From positions 186,001 through 250,000 of the forward strand of contig CDMY01000243.1 in the NCBI GenBank assembly GCA_001179505.1: a stretch of DNA of 64,000 bases. Direction: 5' to 3'. Below the pieces are notes generated by a model. That model was given only the letters and a program-made list of their open reading frames with translations. It did no database searches and had not been told where the DNA came from. The first letter of the stretch is position 1. Every line of letters starts with the position of its first letter. This DNA comes from Vitrella brassicaformis CCMP3155. Its lineage: Eukaryota > Protista > Chromerida. Made by a program: the position numbers and the translations under genes. Of this stretch, positions 24,536 to 36,503 are shown piece by piece.

Positions 24536-25499
24536 TGTTTGTCGGCGTAGATTTACCCGCCGGTGAACGTGCTGCCCTCCCTCAGTCGACTGATGAAGTC
24601 AGGAATCGGAGAGGTACGTCGGTGTATGTCACACACACACACACACACAGGCACACACGAGGGAGGGGTGAGAGAGCGATGGTGTGTGTCTGCGCGGTGT
24701 CTGCGCACGATTCCCAGGGCTTCACGCGCAAGGACCACCCGCCCGTGTCGAACCAGCTGTACTCCAACTACGCCATCGGCAAAGACGTCAAGGCCATGAA
24801 GGTCACTCACCCCTTCCTTCACACGACAGACACCACACACATACAAACAAGTGGGGGCGTGTGTGTGTGTGTGCTGCCCACCACGTCTACAGGCCGTGGT
24901 GGGTGAGGAGGCGCTGACGTCTGAGGATCTGCTGTATCTGGAGTTTCTGGAGAAGTTCGAGGGCAAGTTCGTCTCACAGGTACCAACGAACACACCACAC
25001 CCATTCACGGGCATATGCCACACACAGACACATCCACGCGGAGCATGTGTGTGGTGTTGGTGTGCGTGTGTGTGTGTGTGTGTGCTGTGTGCAGGGTCCG
25101 TATGAGTTCCGCAGTGTGTTCCAGTCGCTCGACATCGCCTGGGAGCTGCTGCGCACATTCCCCCGTGACATGCTGCGAAAGGTGCGCACCTAACCACACA
25201 CAGAACAGCCGATGAACGTACCCACCCACCCACCCTGCCCACCCACCCTCCCCACAACCCATGTGCGCTTCGTGCTGTTTCTTAATGCAGATAAGTCCGA
25301 AGATTCTGGATAGCTTCTACGACCGCGACAAGCACCTCGAGCAGATCTCACAACCAGGTCAGCCAGCCAGCCAGTCAGTCAGGCAGGTGCCTTCCTGCCT
25401 GCCTGCCTGCCTCGTCTGAGTATGCCGAAGCCACACGAGAGTGTGTGTGCATGTGGGTGTCTGTGCGCAGGGAAGTTGCCGGGAGACCTGCTGTCATGA
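22236..25499 (+). CDS. ATP6V1B: V-type H+-ATPase subunit B, multi-exon (gap inside an intron)
   Basis: [111 protein letters not shown]. Confidence 0.98.
24017..24316. other. Assembly gap (300 N)
   Basis: N run flanked by poly-G inside a V-ATPase B intron. Confidence 0.99.
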
Positions 25500-25785
25500 G
25501 CTCGGCGCGTGGCCGGATAGCAAGGGTCAGGAGCCGTGGGTGAGTAGGTGCCTGTATGGTAGGACAGACAGACAGACCTTTGCTTGGATGGATGGATGGA
25601 TGGTGATGCTCTTTCTCGCCTTGCCGCCCGTTTCTATTGTGCCTTATGGGTATGCATGTGGGAGGGAGGGTCGCTGCTTAGCCCGACCCGATAGCTGTTT
25701 GTTTTGCGATCCTTTTTCCCTCTCTCTGTTTCATTCCTTTCTCCCTTCTCGTTGTGTGTGTCACCGATGCCCCCCCCCCCCCCCC

Positions 25786-26085
25786 NNNNNNNNNNNNNNN
25801 NNNNNNNNNNNNNNNNNNNNNNNNNNNNNNNNNNNNNNNNNNNNNNNNNNNNNNNNNNNNNNNNNNNNNNNNNNNNNNNNNNNNNNNNNNNNNNNNNNNN
25901 NNNNNNNNNNNNNNNNNNNNNNNNNNNNNNNNNNNNNNNNNNNNNNNNNNNNNNNNNNNNNNNNNNNNNNNNNNNNNNNNNNNNNNNNNNNNNNNNNNNN
26001 NNNNNNNNNNNNNNNNNNNNNNNNNNNNNNNNNNNNNNNNNNNNNNNNNNNNNNNNNNNNNNNNNNNNNNNNNNNNNNNNNNNNN
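25786..26085. other. Assembly gap (300 N)
   Basis: N run flanked by poly-C. Confidence 0.99.
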
Positions 26086-26826
26086 CCCCCCCCCCCCCAC
26101 ACACACACCCCCAACAACACACAGACATCCAGACGCCCCATATAGGATTTTTGTCGTTGTCTGCGACCGACCGACCGACCGACCGACCGACTGACTGATA
26201 GAGCTTTTGACGTATGGACACTTCCAAGTGGGTGGTGGTGTGTAGTTGGGCAATTTAAGGATGGAGCGACACAGAACAGAGAGAGAGAAACGTGACCGAC
26301 CGTGTATGTGTATGTATGTGGTGTCTGCGCGTTTGGTGTGGCTGGTCGGCTCCTCTGCTTGTTTGGTATATGTCGTTGGTATGTATTGTATGTGTGTGTC
26401 TGTGTGTGTGTGTGTGTGTGTGAGATGACGACCCACATTGGTTGGCAAGACCTGCTCACTGGCTGGCTGGCTGGCTGGCTGGCCTCTCGGTCTATCTATC
26501 GGTCAATGCGTGTACACACATTGATAGATGCAAAGAAAGAAGACACACATGACATGTCATGTCCATGTCATGTCATGTCGGCATGCCGACATTTCTTCTC
26601 CAGAATTGTCCAACAAGCTATCGTTAACGCAGCTAGCAGCGCAGCAACTCACCAGCCAGCACACAGCAATAACACTCACTGGACACACCACACCCACACA
26701 CCTGCCTGTCCTAACATGGGCTACCTCCCCGACAGTCCCTCCGACAGTCCGACAGACACAAACCCAACGGTCCCAACCGATCACCGCCGCCCCCTCCCTC
26801 TTCATCACATCAATCGGCCGAATATA

Positions 26827-29771
26827 TCATCCGAAAAGGCTTCTCCGCACGCCCGTCCCCGCGTCTCTCTTGTCGACCGTGTCGCTGTCGCTTCTCCTGT
26901 CGGGCTTGCGCAGTTTCTCGTGGGTCGCCTTCTTGTCCACCTCCTTACCCTTGGGCGAACTCCGCCTCGCCGCCTTGGGCGACTCCGGGGCTGGGGCTGG
27001 GGGGGGTTGGGGGGCTGGTGCTGGAGGAGGCGGTGCTTGTGGCGGCGGTGGTGGTGGGGATGGCCTGCGGGATTTGGGTGGCGGCTTCTTCGGAGGGGGC
27101 TTGGCCGGGGCTCTGTATGTATGTTGTGTGTAACGAGACACGAGACACGGTGGATGGCTATTCGCTTCTGACGTAACTTCCGACGCGACTGCTCACTTCT
27201 TTGGGCTGTGCCCCTTTGTTCTTGGCGACCAGGTCAAGAAGTCCGAACATTTTGGGTTTCTCGACGTTGGAGGTGCGGATGAGAAAGGCCGCCGCGGGCA
27301 GCACGGCCTCGCTGATGGATGTATATCGAGAGAGACGGACGGATGGAAAGCCATGCACAGCACACACATGAATCGACTGATGGCTGTTGATGGCCAGGCC
27401 TCTCATTCTTGGTACTTATTTAATTACCTGGGTATGGCTGTTAAGGTCACATAGATGATGCCTATGGATGGATGGATGGATGGAGGCGTACAGGCCCACG
27501 GTGAGAGGGCGTAGAGTGCACGTCTTACTTACCGTCTTGTTTCTCCGTCCCTGGGACCATTATCGGCCTGCAATTAAATTGCACACACACGCACAAGTCA
27601 TGTCTCTCTCTCTGTGCAGTGCAGCATGGTCTGTCTGTCGCCCACCCCACCAGGCGTTGTTGGCCTCGCTGGTCTGTGGGTCCAGGAAGCTCTTCTTGGC
27701 CGTGCCCAGGTACACCCACCTTCTCGAATCCTGCACCCACACCACCCATCGCGTCAGTCAGTCAGTCAGTCTTTGTTTGTTTGTTGTGCAGGAGCGTTGC
27801 ACATACGTTGGCTCCTTTGGTGTCGTAGACGTCGGCGTGGTAGTGCGGCATGACCCTCGGCACCTTGGGGGGCAGCTTCCTGATCGACACGCTCTGCTCG
27901 ATGGTCGCCGAGTATATCGTCTTGTACACCTTCTTGGGCTGACAGAAACACACACAGACACAGACGTAGAGGGCAGGGCGTGGTTGGCAGAGGAGAGCTT
28001 ACCACTTCCTTACCTGCACCGGGTTTGTCCGTCTTGACGAGTCGTCGCGCATGGCTTCCCTGTTTTCGTGGTCATATCTGTAATATAATCCATGCCATGG
28101 GGGGGAGAGGGGAGATATCTATCGTGTGTCTTGACGCGCTCTCTTTGCCACCCTCCGCCCCGCACACAAACGAACTACCTCACCTGCACACGCACACGAG
28201 TGTGACATCGGGCTTGTACATGGCACTGTGGATCGTCCACTGCATGACAGGACACAACCGCACAACGACCGAATCGAGAGACAGACACACGCATTGCATT
28301 GCATATCCGGCTTGCCTTCCATTGCGCTTGCTCGGCTCACCTGTATTCCCTCCAGCGTTGCCTTCCGCCTCAACGCCTCAAGCATCTGTGTCCTTGCGGG
28401 TGGCTTGGCGGCCGGCGGCGGCGGCGTGGGCCCTGACGCACACACGCACACACAACACAAACCATTTGCGCCTTAGCAGGTAGGTCGATTGGTCTGTCTC
28501 GCCCTCACGTACGTATGGCTCCCTCGCTAATCTGCACTGCCTCCGTCTGTACGGCCTCGTCGGATTTCTCTGGGGGCGGCGAGGGCAGCAGCAGCCGAGG
28601 AGACACCTGGTTGAGGTCGATGAACGGCCACGGCCGATCGTCCGTCTGAGTCACCTTGCGACGACTGCATTACACCACACACAGCCCAAGATGCCGCATC
28701 CGGCTCGACGCACTTTAAGAATGTTGGTCTGTGTCTCTTCTGCTGACTCGACGCCGAGGCTGTCCCAGTCGTCTCGCGATGTCTGTGTGGCCCTGCACTT
28801 GGTGGGCCGCCGGCGTCGCTGCAGCGGGTGAGCCCAGCGGTCCTCGGGGGCCCTGTGCTGATCCAGGTACCGCACCTCCAGCAGCATCTCTTGCAAATCT
28901 GATGGAGAAAGGGACGCCAGAAGGGAAGACTAGCGATGGAAGGAAGCAGGGGGGATCTGGCCAGAGGGTAGCTAGCGACCTTGTAGCCTTGGGTCGAGGG
29001 CTCTGATGGGCTCAACGTAGGCCACCATGGCGTTGAGGGCGTCACGGGGGCTCAGGTCGCTGAACGTCAGGTGACCCAAGACACCTGCGGTGCGGACCAA
29101 CACCTGCGGCTGTAGGTAGGATGGAACGGCTTTACTCCGATTCACTTACCGACGATGGATTGAATCATGGCTTCGAGTTGCGAGATGAGGACGCCCACTT
29201 TGTTGCTGATCTCCTGGATCAGCCGCAGCTCACCCACCCTCATCCCACAGGCGCACGACTCTACACCCCCACACCCCCCACACACAAGCGGCAGAGAGTC
29301 AAGCAGGAATCGCACGAGCCCCTGTGCCTGCCTGCCTGCCTGCCGACCGACCTTTCTTCAGGTCGCTGAGGTTGGCCGCTTGTAATGATGCATTGCGTTG
29401 TTGCAAGTGGATGGATGACATACATACACACATTGATTGTCTATAGTTGTGTGTCCAGGTGTGCATCTGTATCTGCCAGCTCACGATTCTATCTCTTGCG
29501 GTCCCTCTCGGCGGTGCCCCAGGAGTGCCGGCGGCCCTCTCCCTCTCTTTCTTGTGCTCATGGGGGTGGGGCACTGGCGCGTCAGGCCGCCATGCCGAAA
29601 AGGGAGACGACCTCTCTGACAACATGAAGCATCAATGGAGGCCTCCCATGCCATCTGCATTGCGCGTGTGTGTCTACAGAGGAGCTTACATACTTGTGTG
29701 GAACTCATTTGGTCGGCCATCACTCTGTCCCGGGCGGAGCAGGTGGGTCCGACCGCGAGGCGTGCCGTCAT
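26827..29771 (-). CDS. Hypothetical protein with a proline/lysine-rich C-terminus, multi-exon (boundaries approximate)
   Basis: Exons include LIQEISNKVGVLISQLEAMIQSI, EMLLEVRYLDQH, PKKVYKTIYSATIEQSVSIRKLPPKVPRVMPHYHADVYDTK and a final APAKPPPKKPPPK...VRRSLFG*. Confidence 0.6.
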
Positions 29772-30202
29772 CGCCGCCTCTGACAGGCGCCGAACTCACC
29801 CTGAACACACACATGAATGCGCCAACATACTCACAGCTTGAGTCAGAAGAGTAAGAAACGCAGCTTGCCTGTGAGCCGCGGAGGATGGCTGGGGCTCGCG
29901 GGGATAGTATGACGGGCCGCGGTCGCCGCGCATTGAACGGCTAAACGTGAACGGCGCTTAACCGGTGAAAAAGGACGTGGGGGGCGAGACTGCAGGCCCC
30001 CTGAGCTCGCAGCGGAGGGGAGAAAGCAAAGCGCCTTTCAGGTGTCCGTCCTGAGCGGGAGCCTCATTGCGACTATAATAACAAGCCGCCTTGTCGTGCC
30101 GTGCTCTGAGATGCTGCACGAGGAGCTGCTGAGGCGGTCTGCTGGTGTTTGATCGCTGCCTGGCCTGCCAGACTGAGTGAGTTGAGTTGCTTCCTATAAT
30201 AT

Positions 30203-30958
30203 ATGGGCGATATCAACCTCAAGTTCATATTCGCCAACTATGACGGCAAGGCCCTCGAAAGACCATTCGCGGTCAGTCAGAGGGACGACACACACACACA
30301 CACACAGACAGCTGGCCGGCATTGGATTGGGGAGTGTTGTGTGTGATGTGTGTGTGATGTTCAGGCATCCACTTTGGTCAGGGACATTAAGAGGACGCTC
30401 CTTGCAGAGCACTGGCCACCAGGTGGGTGCCTCAAGACAAGACACGGAAAGATGATGGGGCTTCCTTCACAGTCTGATGTGTGTTGTGTGTGGCCTGGTT
30501 GTCATGTCTGACAGACATTTCGATAACGGTTGAGCAGGTGGACCGGTTACGTTTCTTCTGCGGAGGCAAAGAGCTGGAGGACGCCAAGTCATTGCAGGGT
30601 GGGTGGGTGCAGAGGGCAGGCACTTCCGAGAGAGGGGGAGAACAGAAGTGTGAGTGTGCCCGTGTGATCGTCTGTCTGTGTGTCTGACTCTGACCGACAG
30701 ACCAGAAAGTGGCTGCTGCTGACTTCCCCACTGCAGTACACGTCAACACCGTCCTCAAGAGGCCAGGAGGAGGTCAGCACACACACATCACACACACATC
30801 ACACACACCCACAGCCTCACCCACCCACCCACATCAACAATTCTCTCTGGCTGCCCTGCCCACATCTGGTTTGTGTGTGGTTTCCTCTGTGTCGGTTGAT
30901 TGATCGATCAGGTCACTTGGCGGGGAAGCACTCGTGTCTGCAGTGCTCCATCATGTGA
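30203..30958 (+). CDS. UBL3: Membrane-anchored ubiquitin-fold protein (MUB/UBL3), 5 exons
   Basis: MGDINLKFIFANYDG...TLVRDIKRTLLAEHWPP...LRFFCGGKELEDAKSL...TAVHVN...HSCLQCSIM*. The C-terminus is a CaaX box (CSIM) with an upstream Cys. Confidence 0.85.
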
Positions 30959-31599
30959 CTGACTGATGTGAGCACTCACACGCCCGCCCGCCTGGCCTGC
31001 TGCCTGGCCTGCAGGCCGTGTGGTTCCTGCCCTGCCCCCTTTCTGCACAGCCTCGCCCCCCTCACTGCCTCCCTCCCCCGCTCCCTCCCTCCAGTGACCT
31101 TCTGCCCCTCCCCGCCCACCCCACCTGCCCACCTGCTTGTCTGCCTGCCTGCCTGTGCCGCCCATCGGTGCCCTTTTGGGCACGGCGCTGATCGACTGAC
31201 TGACTGACTGACAGAGACCTCTTATTGACTCACTCACTGTCCCTTGCTGGATTATATAGCTATATAGCTAAGATGGGTCGCTGACTGCCAGACATGACAT
31301 ACGGACCAGACGGATCGACGAGAATGAGTGACTGAGTGAATGCATATGAATCAATCAATCATGCGTTCATACCAACTGCGTGGCTGGCATGCGGTTTGTG
31401 CGTATTTGTGTGTGTGCGTGTGTGTGTGTGTGTCTGTGTGTGTGTGTGTCGACTGACGTGAGAGTGTGTCCATGTGCGCGTGCGCGCCTCTCTAACCTAA
31501 TTGACTGAATCAGATCATCGACTGACTCGGTGAATCGCATGCGCCATGGGGAGTCCATCATTAGAGCTCGCAGGGAAAGCGAAAGCAACGCGGAGGAAG

Positions 31600-33167
31600 A
31601 TGGAGGACGACCAAGATCCAGGCTATTATGGCTACATGGACGAGCCGCCGTCCCCACTGCCGCCATACGCCGCAGCAGCTGCTGCTGCAGCAGCGGCAGC
31701 CGCGCATGCACCTTCCCCAGACATGATGGATGACCAGCCACACCACCACCACCAGCAGCAACACCAGCAGCAGGAGGATCAGCAAGAGGAGGTCATCCAT
31801 CCGCCAGGCCTGTACACATCTCTGCGGCTGTCGGCCAGCGAGCACACGGGCGTGTCATTCGGCGGCCCATGTCTGCTGGCTGTGGCGCCTTTGCTCAAGC
31901 GGACGGCCGCTGCGGACGCTGGTGCGGGGCTGCCGATGGAGCGGTGTGTGGAGATGCGGTGCGGGCAGCTCGGCAAAGAGATCTCCATGAGCGCAGCCAG
32001 GGTACGTACGTGGGCACACACATGCTCATCTACAGCTGGCATACACCGTGGTCTCTCTGTGTGTGTGGTGTGTGTGTGTCCTCAGTTGCTGGAGGACTTG
32101 TCGGGTCTGTATGAGCGGTACTCGCTGCCTCTCGCGGCGTCCCGTTCGCGGCGGACAGATGGGGACGTTGGGGAGGAGGGAGGCATCGACCATCAAACCC
32201 AGGACACACTCATCAGCTACGGCAGGGAACTCAAACACATCCTGCACACTTACAAGCAGGTAGGTATGGTATGCCGGGGGCCGGGCGAATGGGGTGCTCT
32301 GCCCGCTCTCGCTCATGCGTGTGTGTATGTGTGCGTGTAGGTGGGTGGATTGTGCAACACGACGGACACGGGGCCTGCCGATGTAGACGAAAACAACGTA
32401 CGTATGCCCTCCCACATAGGACAAAAGGGACATAGGGGAGCGAGGCAGGCAGGCAGGGAGGGGGGATCCATCCATCCACAAGCAGTCAGTCGGTAAGCAA
32501 TCCTCGCCTCTCTGTCAACAAGTCTGTCTGTCTGTTGCAGATGGCGCACCTGGTCTACTCACTCGTCGACGTGTTCGTCAACGAACCTCCAGCGGCCTCA
32601 CTCGGCGCAAAGTACGGAGGAGGAAGCACAGCCGTCTGTCATCCGTCCATCCATCCATCCATCCTGCCATCAGGTTGCTGGAGTGTGTTCGCGAGAACCT
32701 GTTTGGCGGTGGTGATGAGGTGACCCGGCTGCTTGAGACTGCTGCAGAGTTCCTCGCGCGGCCGTCCGACGATCCTGTGGGCATCGCAAGTGTCTGCAAG
32801 TGAGTGACTACTGACTGGAGGGAGGGAAGGTGGGCGGACCGACGGACGGACAGACAGGCTGTGCACACGTGTGTGTGTGTGTGTGTGTGATTGATAAGGT
32901 TCTACCTGTTCCGTGCTGAGGGCGAGTTGCGGGAGCACACGCCCCCACACCAGATGTGGGACCGAATACACGTAGGTCCCCCGGCAGCTGAGCTGCATCG
33001 CCTGCCTTCCATGTGTGTGTGCGTTGACGCGTGTGCATGTGTGTGTATGTGTGTGGCAGCGTCTCTTTGACGACCTCAACCAGCGTATGCCGCTCGCCGG
33101 CGATTTCCGCCCGGAGGTCATCCAGTACTTCAACAGACAGGCGCAGTAAGCACCACATACACGCACA

Positions 33168-33202
<35 letters not shown>

Positions 33203-36002
33203 GGGGAGAGAGACGGCATGGCGTGGCTGTGTGTGCCATGTGTGTGTGGTAGGGCGTTGCTGCGCGACCTGGATCGCAGGCCGCCTAGTGCGCACAAGCC
33301 GCTGCTGACCGCACTGCTCTCGGCGCTTGGCGGTGATGTGGGTGCCATCGCACAGGTGCGTTGCTGGTGGCTTGGCGGAGAGGGGGGCAGGTCGTTCTAT
33401 GCTATTCGTCCGTGTCTGTCTCTCCTCTCTCCGTGTGCTGTGCGTGTTTAGGTGACGTTCCACTCGTTCATGGAGCAGTACATCGTGACGCTGTATTGGG
33501 TGTACCCACACGTCACGATGGCCGGACAAGGCGCGTCGGACAAAATACTGGAGCTGTCCAAGTATGTCTGTGCCAGTCTGTGTGCAGCTCTCTCTCTCTC
33601 TCGCTCTCTCTCTCTCTTTCTCTCTCTCTGTGTGTGTGTGTGTGTGTGTGTGGTTCAGCAACATGGGCGACGCCGCGCAGTGGGGGCCTCCAGAAGATCT
33701 GCTCGGATACCTCATCAGCAGAGTCGAGCATGTGGTTAGTGAGCCAGGAGGTGGGCGAGAGAGGCCATGTGTGTGTCAATTACTCACCTGGTCTCTCTCT
33801 CTCTCTCTCTGTGTGTGTGTGCCTGTGTGTGCATGCATCATGATGTGTTGCTGCTGCACCGGCCGGTGTGTTCGTCTTTCGTTCAGCCGGATGTGTTGAG
33901 GGAGCAGTTCCCGATGCTCCCCGACTTCATCCTGCCCTTCGTCACAGACATCCTATTCCACGCCAGAAAACTCAATGACCAACAGGCAGCAACCATCCCT
34001 CTCACTCACTCACACACACTCACGGAACACACAAGGCGTGTCGTGTGTCGTGTGTGTTCAGGCGGCCGTCACACAGGCCTGGTACCACTACGCCGGCTGG
34101 CTGACCACCCTGATACCCATCCCCCGACCCACAGCACCAGCGGCACCAGCGGCAGCGGCAGCGGCAGGAGGATGGGCCATGGGGCAGCAGCCACGTGGAG
34201 GGGTCGAGCAGCACTTCATGGCGCGGCTGGGTGTGTGGAGGTGTGCGCGGACCGTCCTGCTCGGCCTGGTGCGGCACTTCTCGTCCGTCGCTGCTGCCTC
34301 GCTCATGGCCAAGTCCATCGAGGTACGCAGCTAGGAGGGTCTCACTGCAATAGAGTATCTGTGTGTGTCTACCTACCGGTCCCCCTCTCTCTCTGTGTAT
34401 GTGTGTGTGTGTCTCTATGGGCTGGTTTCTCAGCATTTGTGTGCTGGTTGTCCGCCCCACTGCCGATCTGACCTCGAGGGCACCGTCCGCGACACCATGG
34501 AGCGCCTCAGCGACACCATGCCGATGGAGCAGCGCCTCAAATGGCACCTGGCGGGTCTCATGCCGTCACTTATGCAGGTCGGGACACCATCGTCGGACGC
34601 AAAACGACCTTTGCTCGCGCCGTGTGTGTGTGTGTGTGTGTGTGCAGCGGTATGCCATCGAGAGCTTCTCGGAGTACGAGAGCCTCACCGAGGGCCCGTT
34701 CCTCCCCTGGCAGCCACGGCAGCTGCAGCACGACGCGCTGAGGCGGTCGGTGGACTTGGCCGTCCAGGCCATCACCCACAAGCTGCGGCAGACCGGCGGC
34801 CGGCCTCACCCCTCCGACACACCACCACTCTTCGCACTGGTCAACCGACTGCTCATCAGGGCAGGTCTGTTTGCAGGCAGAAAGGGCCCACACACGACAC
34901 GGGCACACACACACTGTGCCAATCTGTCTGTGTGTGTGTGTGTGCAGATGTGGGCGTGCTGATGGGGGTGTTTGCGGACGGGGCCTTCATCGGTGTGGTG
35001 CGGCAGCAGCTGCGCGAGCAGCTCAGCATACTGGGGCTGCCCCTGGGGGTGGGCAGGCAGGAGGACAAGAGCGGCAGTGTCATCCTGGACTTCTGGATCA
35101 CCGTGGGGGAATACGCCGCCACTTACAGGGTACAGTACACCTTGATCCACTGACTGACGGAGTCAGTGGCTTTTCTCTGCGGTCGAATATATTGTTTGTT
35201 GTGCAGTCATTCGAGCAGCAGTATACGCCTCCCCCTCCCCCTCTCGCCCCACCACCAGCGGCGGCAGCAGCAGCCGCCGCCCCGCCCCACCCCCCGGGCA
35301 CCCCCCCCGTCTCGCTGCACCTGTTCGCCTCCCTGCTGGAGCCCCTCTACAACCTCATCCGCGGCCCCGTGTGGTCCAACAACCAGGACGCCTGCCCCCC
35401 ACCGCTCAGGATGGCACTCTGGCAGCAGCTCGCGGCCGTCGTCACGGCCCTTGAAGCGCAGCACCCCATTAGCGACCACCAGGATGTAGTGACATCGGCG
35501 GCGAGCGACGAGGGCGTGTTCTGGCGTGACGAGGGGCACCCGCTGCTCAAGTCTGTGTGCGGTGGGGGTAGTGGTGGGGGAGGGAGGGCAGGTGTAGGTG
35601 GTGGTGGTGTGGAGGGTGTGGCGAGATCGGTGTTGGGTTCTGACGACTGGGGCAACCTGGTGACCGAGCTCATCAAGGACAGCCGCTTCTTCGTCAGCGG
35701 ATCTGACACCCAGACAAAATCAGGTAGGGTAAGTGAGCGGGCCAAGGAACACCTGCCGCAGCTGAGGGAGAGATATGTGCTTTTGCGTGCTGCCGTGTTG
35801 ACCAGGCCATGGCTACCTGCACGCCGATGCGCCCGCCTTGTCCCCCGACGCCGTCGATGAGTTTCGCCTGTCCTTCGGCCCGCTGCTCAAGATGCTGCAA
35901 GCAGAGAGGGAGGCCGCCAGGCGCATCGGCTACTCCGTCCGAGACATAGCGGGCAGACGAGGGGGGGCAGGGAGGGCGGCAGAGGAGATCGAGAGTCAGT
36001 AA
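31600..36002 (+). CDS. Large alpha-helical protein, putative divergent nucleoporin Nup85-like, multi-exon
   Basis: The order of motifs LLTALLSALGGDVGAIAQ / FMEQYIVTLYWVYPHV / ILPFVTDILFHARKL / WYHYAGWL recalls the Nup85 core (LLKILLGD..; LLYSNPTV; FVAHLTDLL; LLEYA). Recognised by eye only. Confidence 0.45.
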
Positions 36003-36503
36003 GGTAAGACCCAGCCAGCAGGCCGGCCCGGCTGGTGTGGCACGCACTGAGAGGCGCGCCTCGTGTTTGCAGTCGTCTCATGGATTGACAGTTTTCCGAC
36101 GCTGCTCGGTGTGCTGTGCCTTTGGGGGGAACTGTGATGGCCAGCCATTTTGCCGGCCGTTCGCGGGCGTGGGTGGCGAGATGAATGACCGTCACTAGAC
36201 CGGACCCATGGGAACAGCCATCGAGTGGCGCTGCTTAGACCGTGAGGGGGTGAAATGGATCAGATACCTGTGGATTGGATTAGTAGTGTCTGTCTGCCTG
36301 CACCCGACACGCCAAGAGGAAACACGGCTGGCTGGCTCCACACATCCTTCCTTCCTTCCATCGGTCCATCCGGTCCATCCGTCCACAGCTTGCATTGCAC
36401 TTAGCGTCCGCGCAAAGAAAGATACACAGAAAGAGTCAAGAAGGCCCTGTCTGTCCGGTCCGTTCGCATCTTCAGTCAGTTTCGTCGCATCTTCCTTCGA
36501 ACA

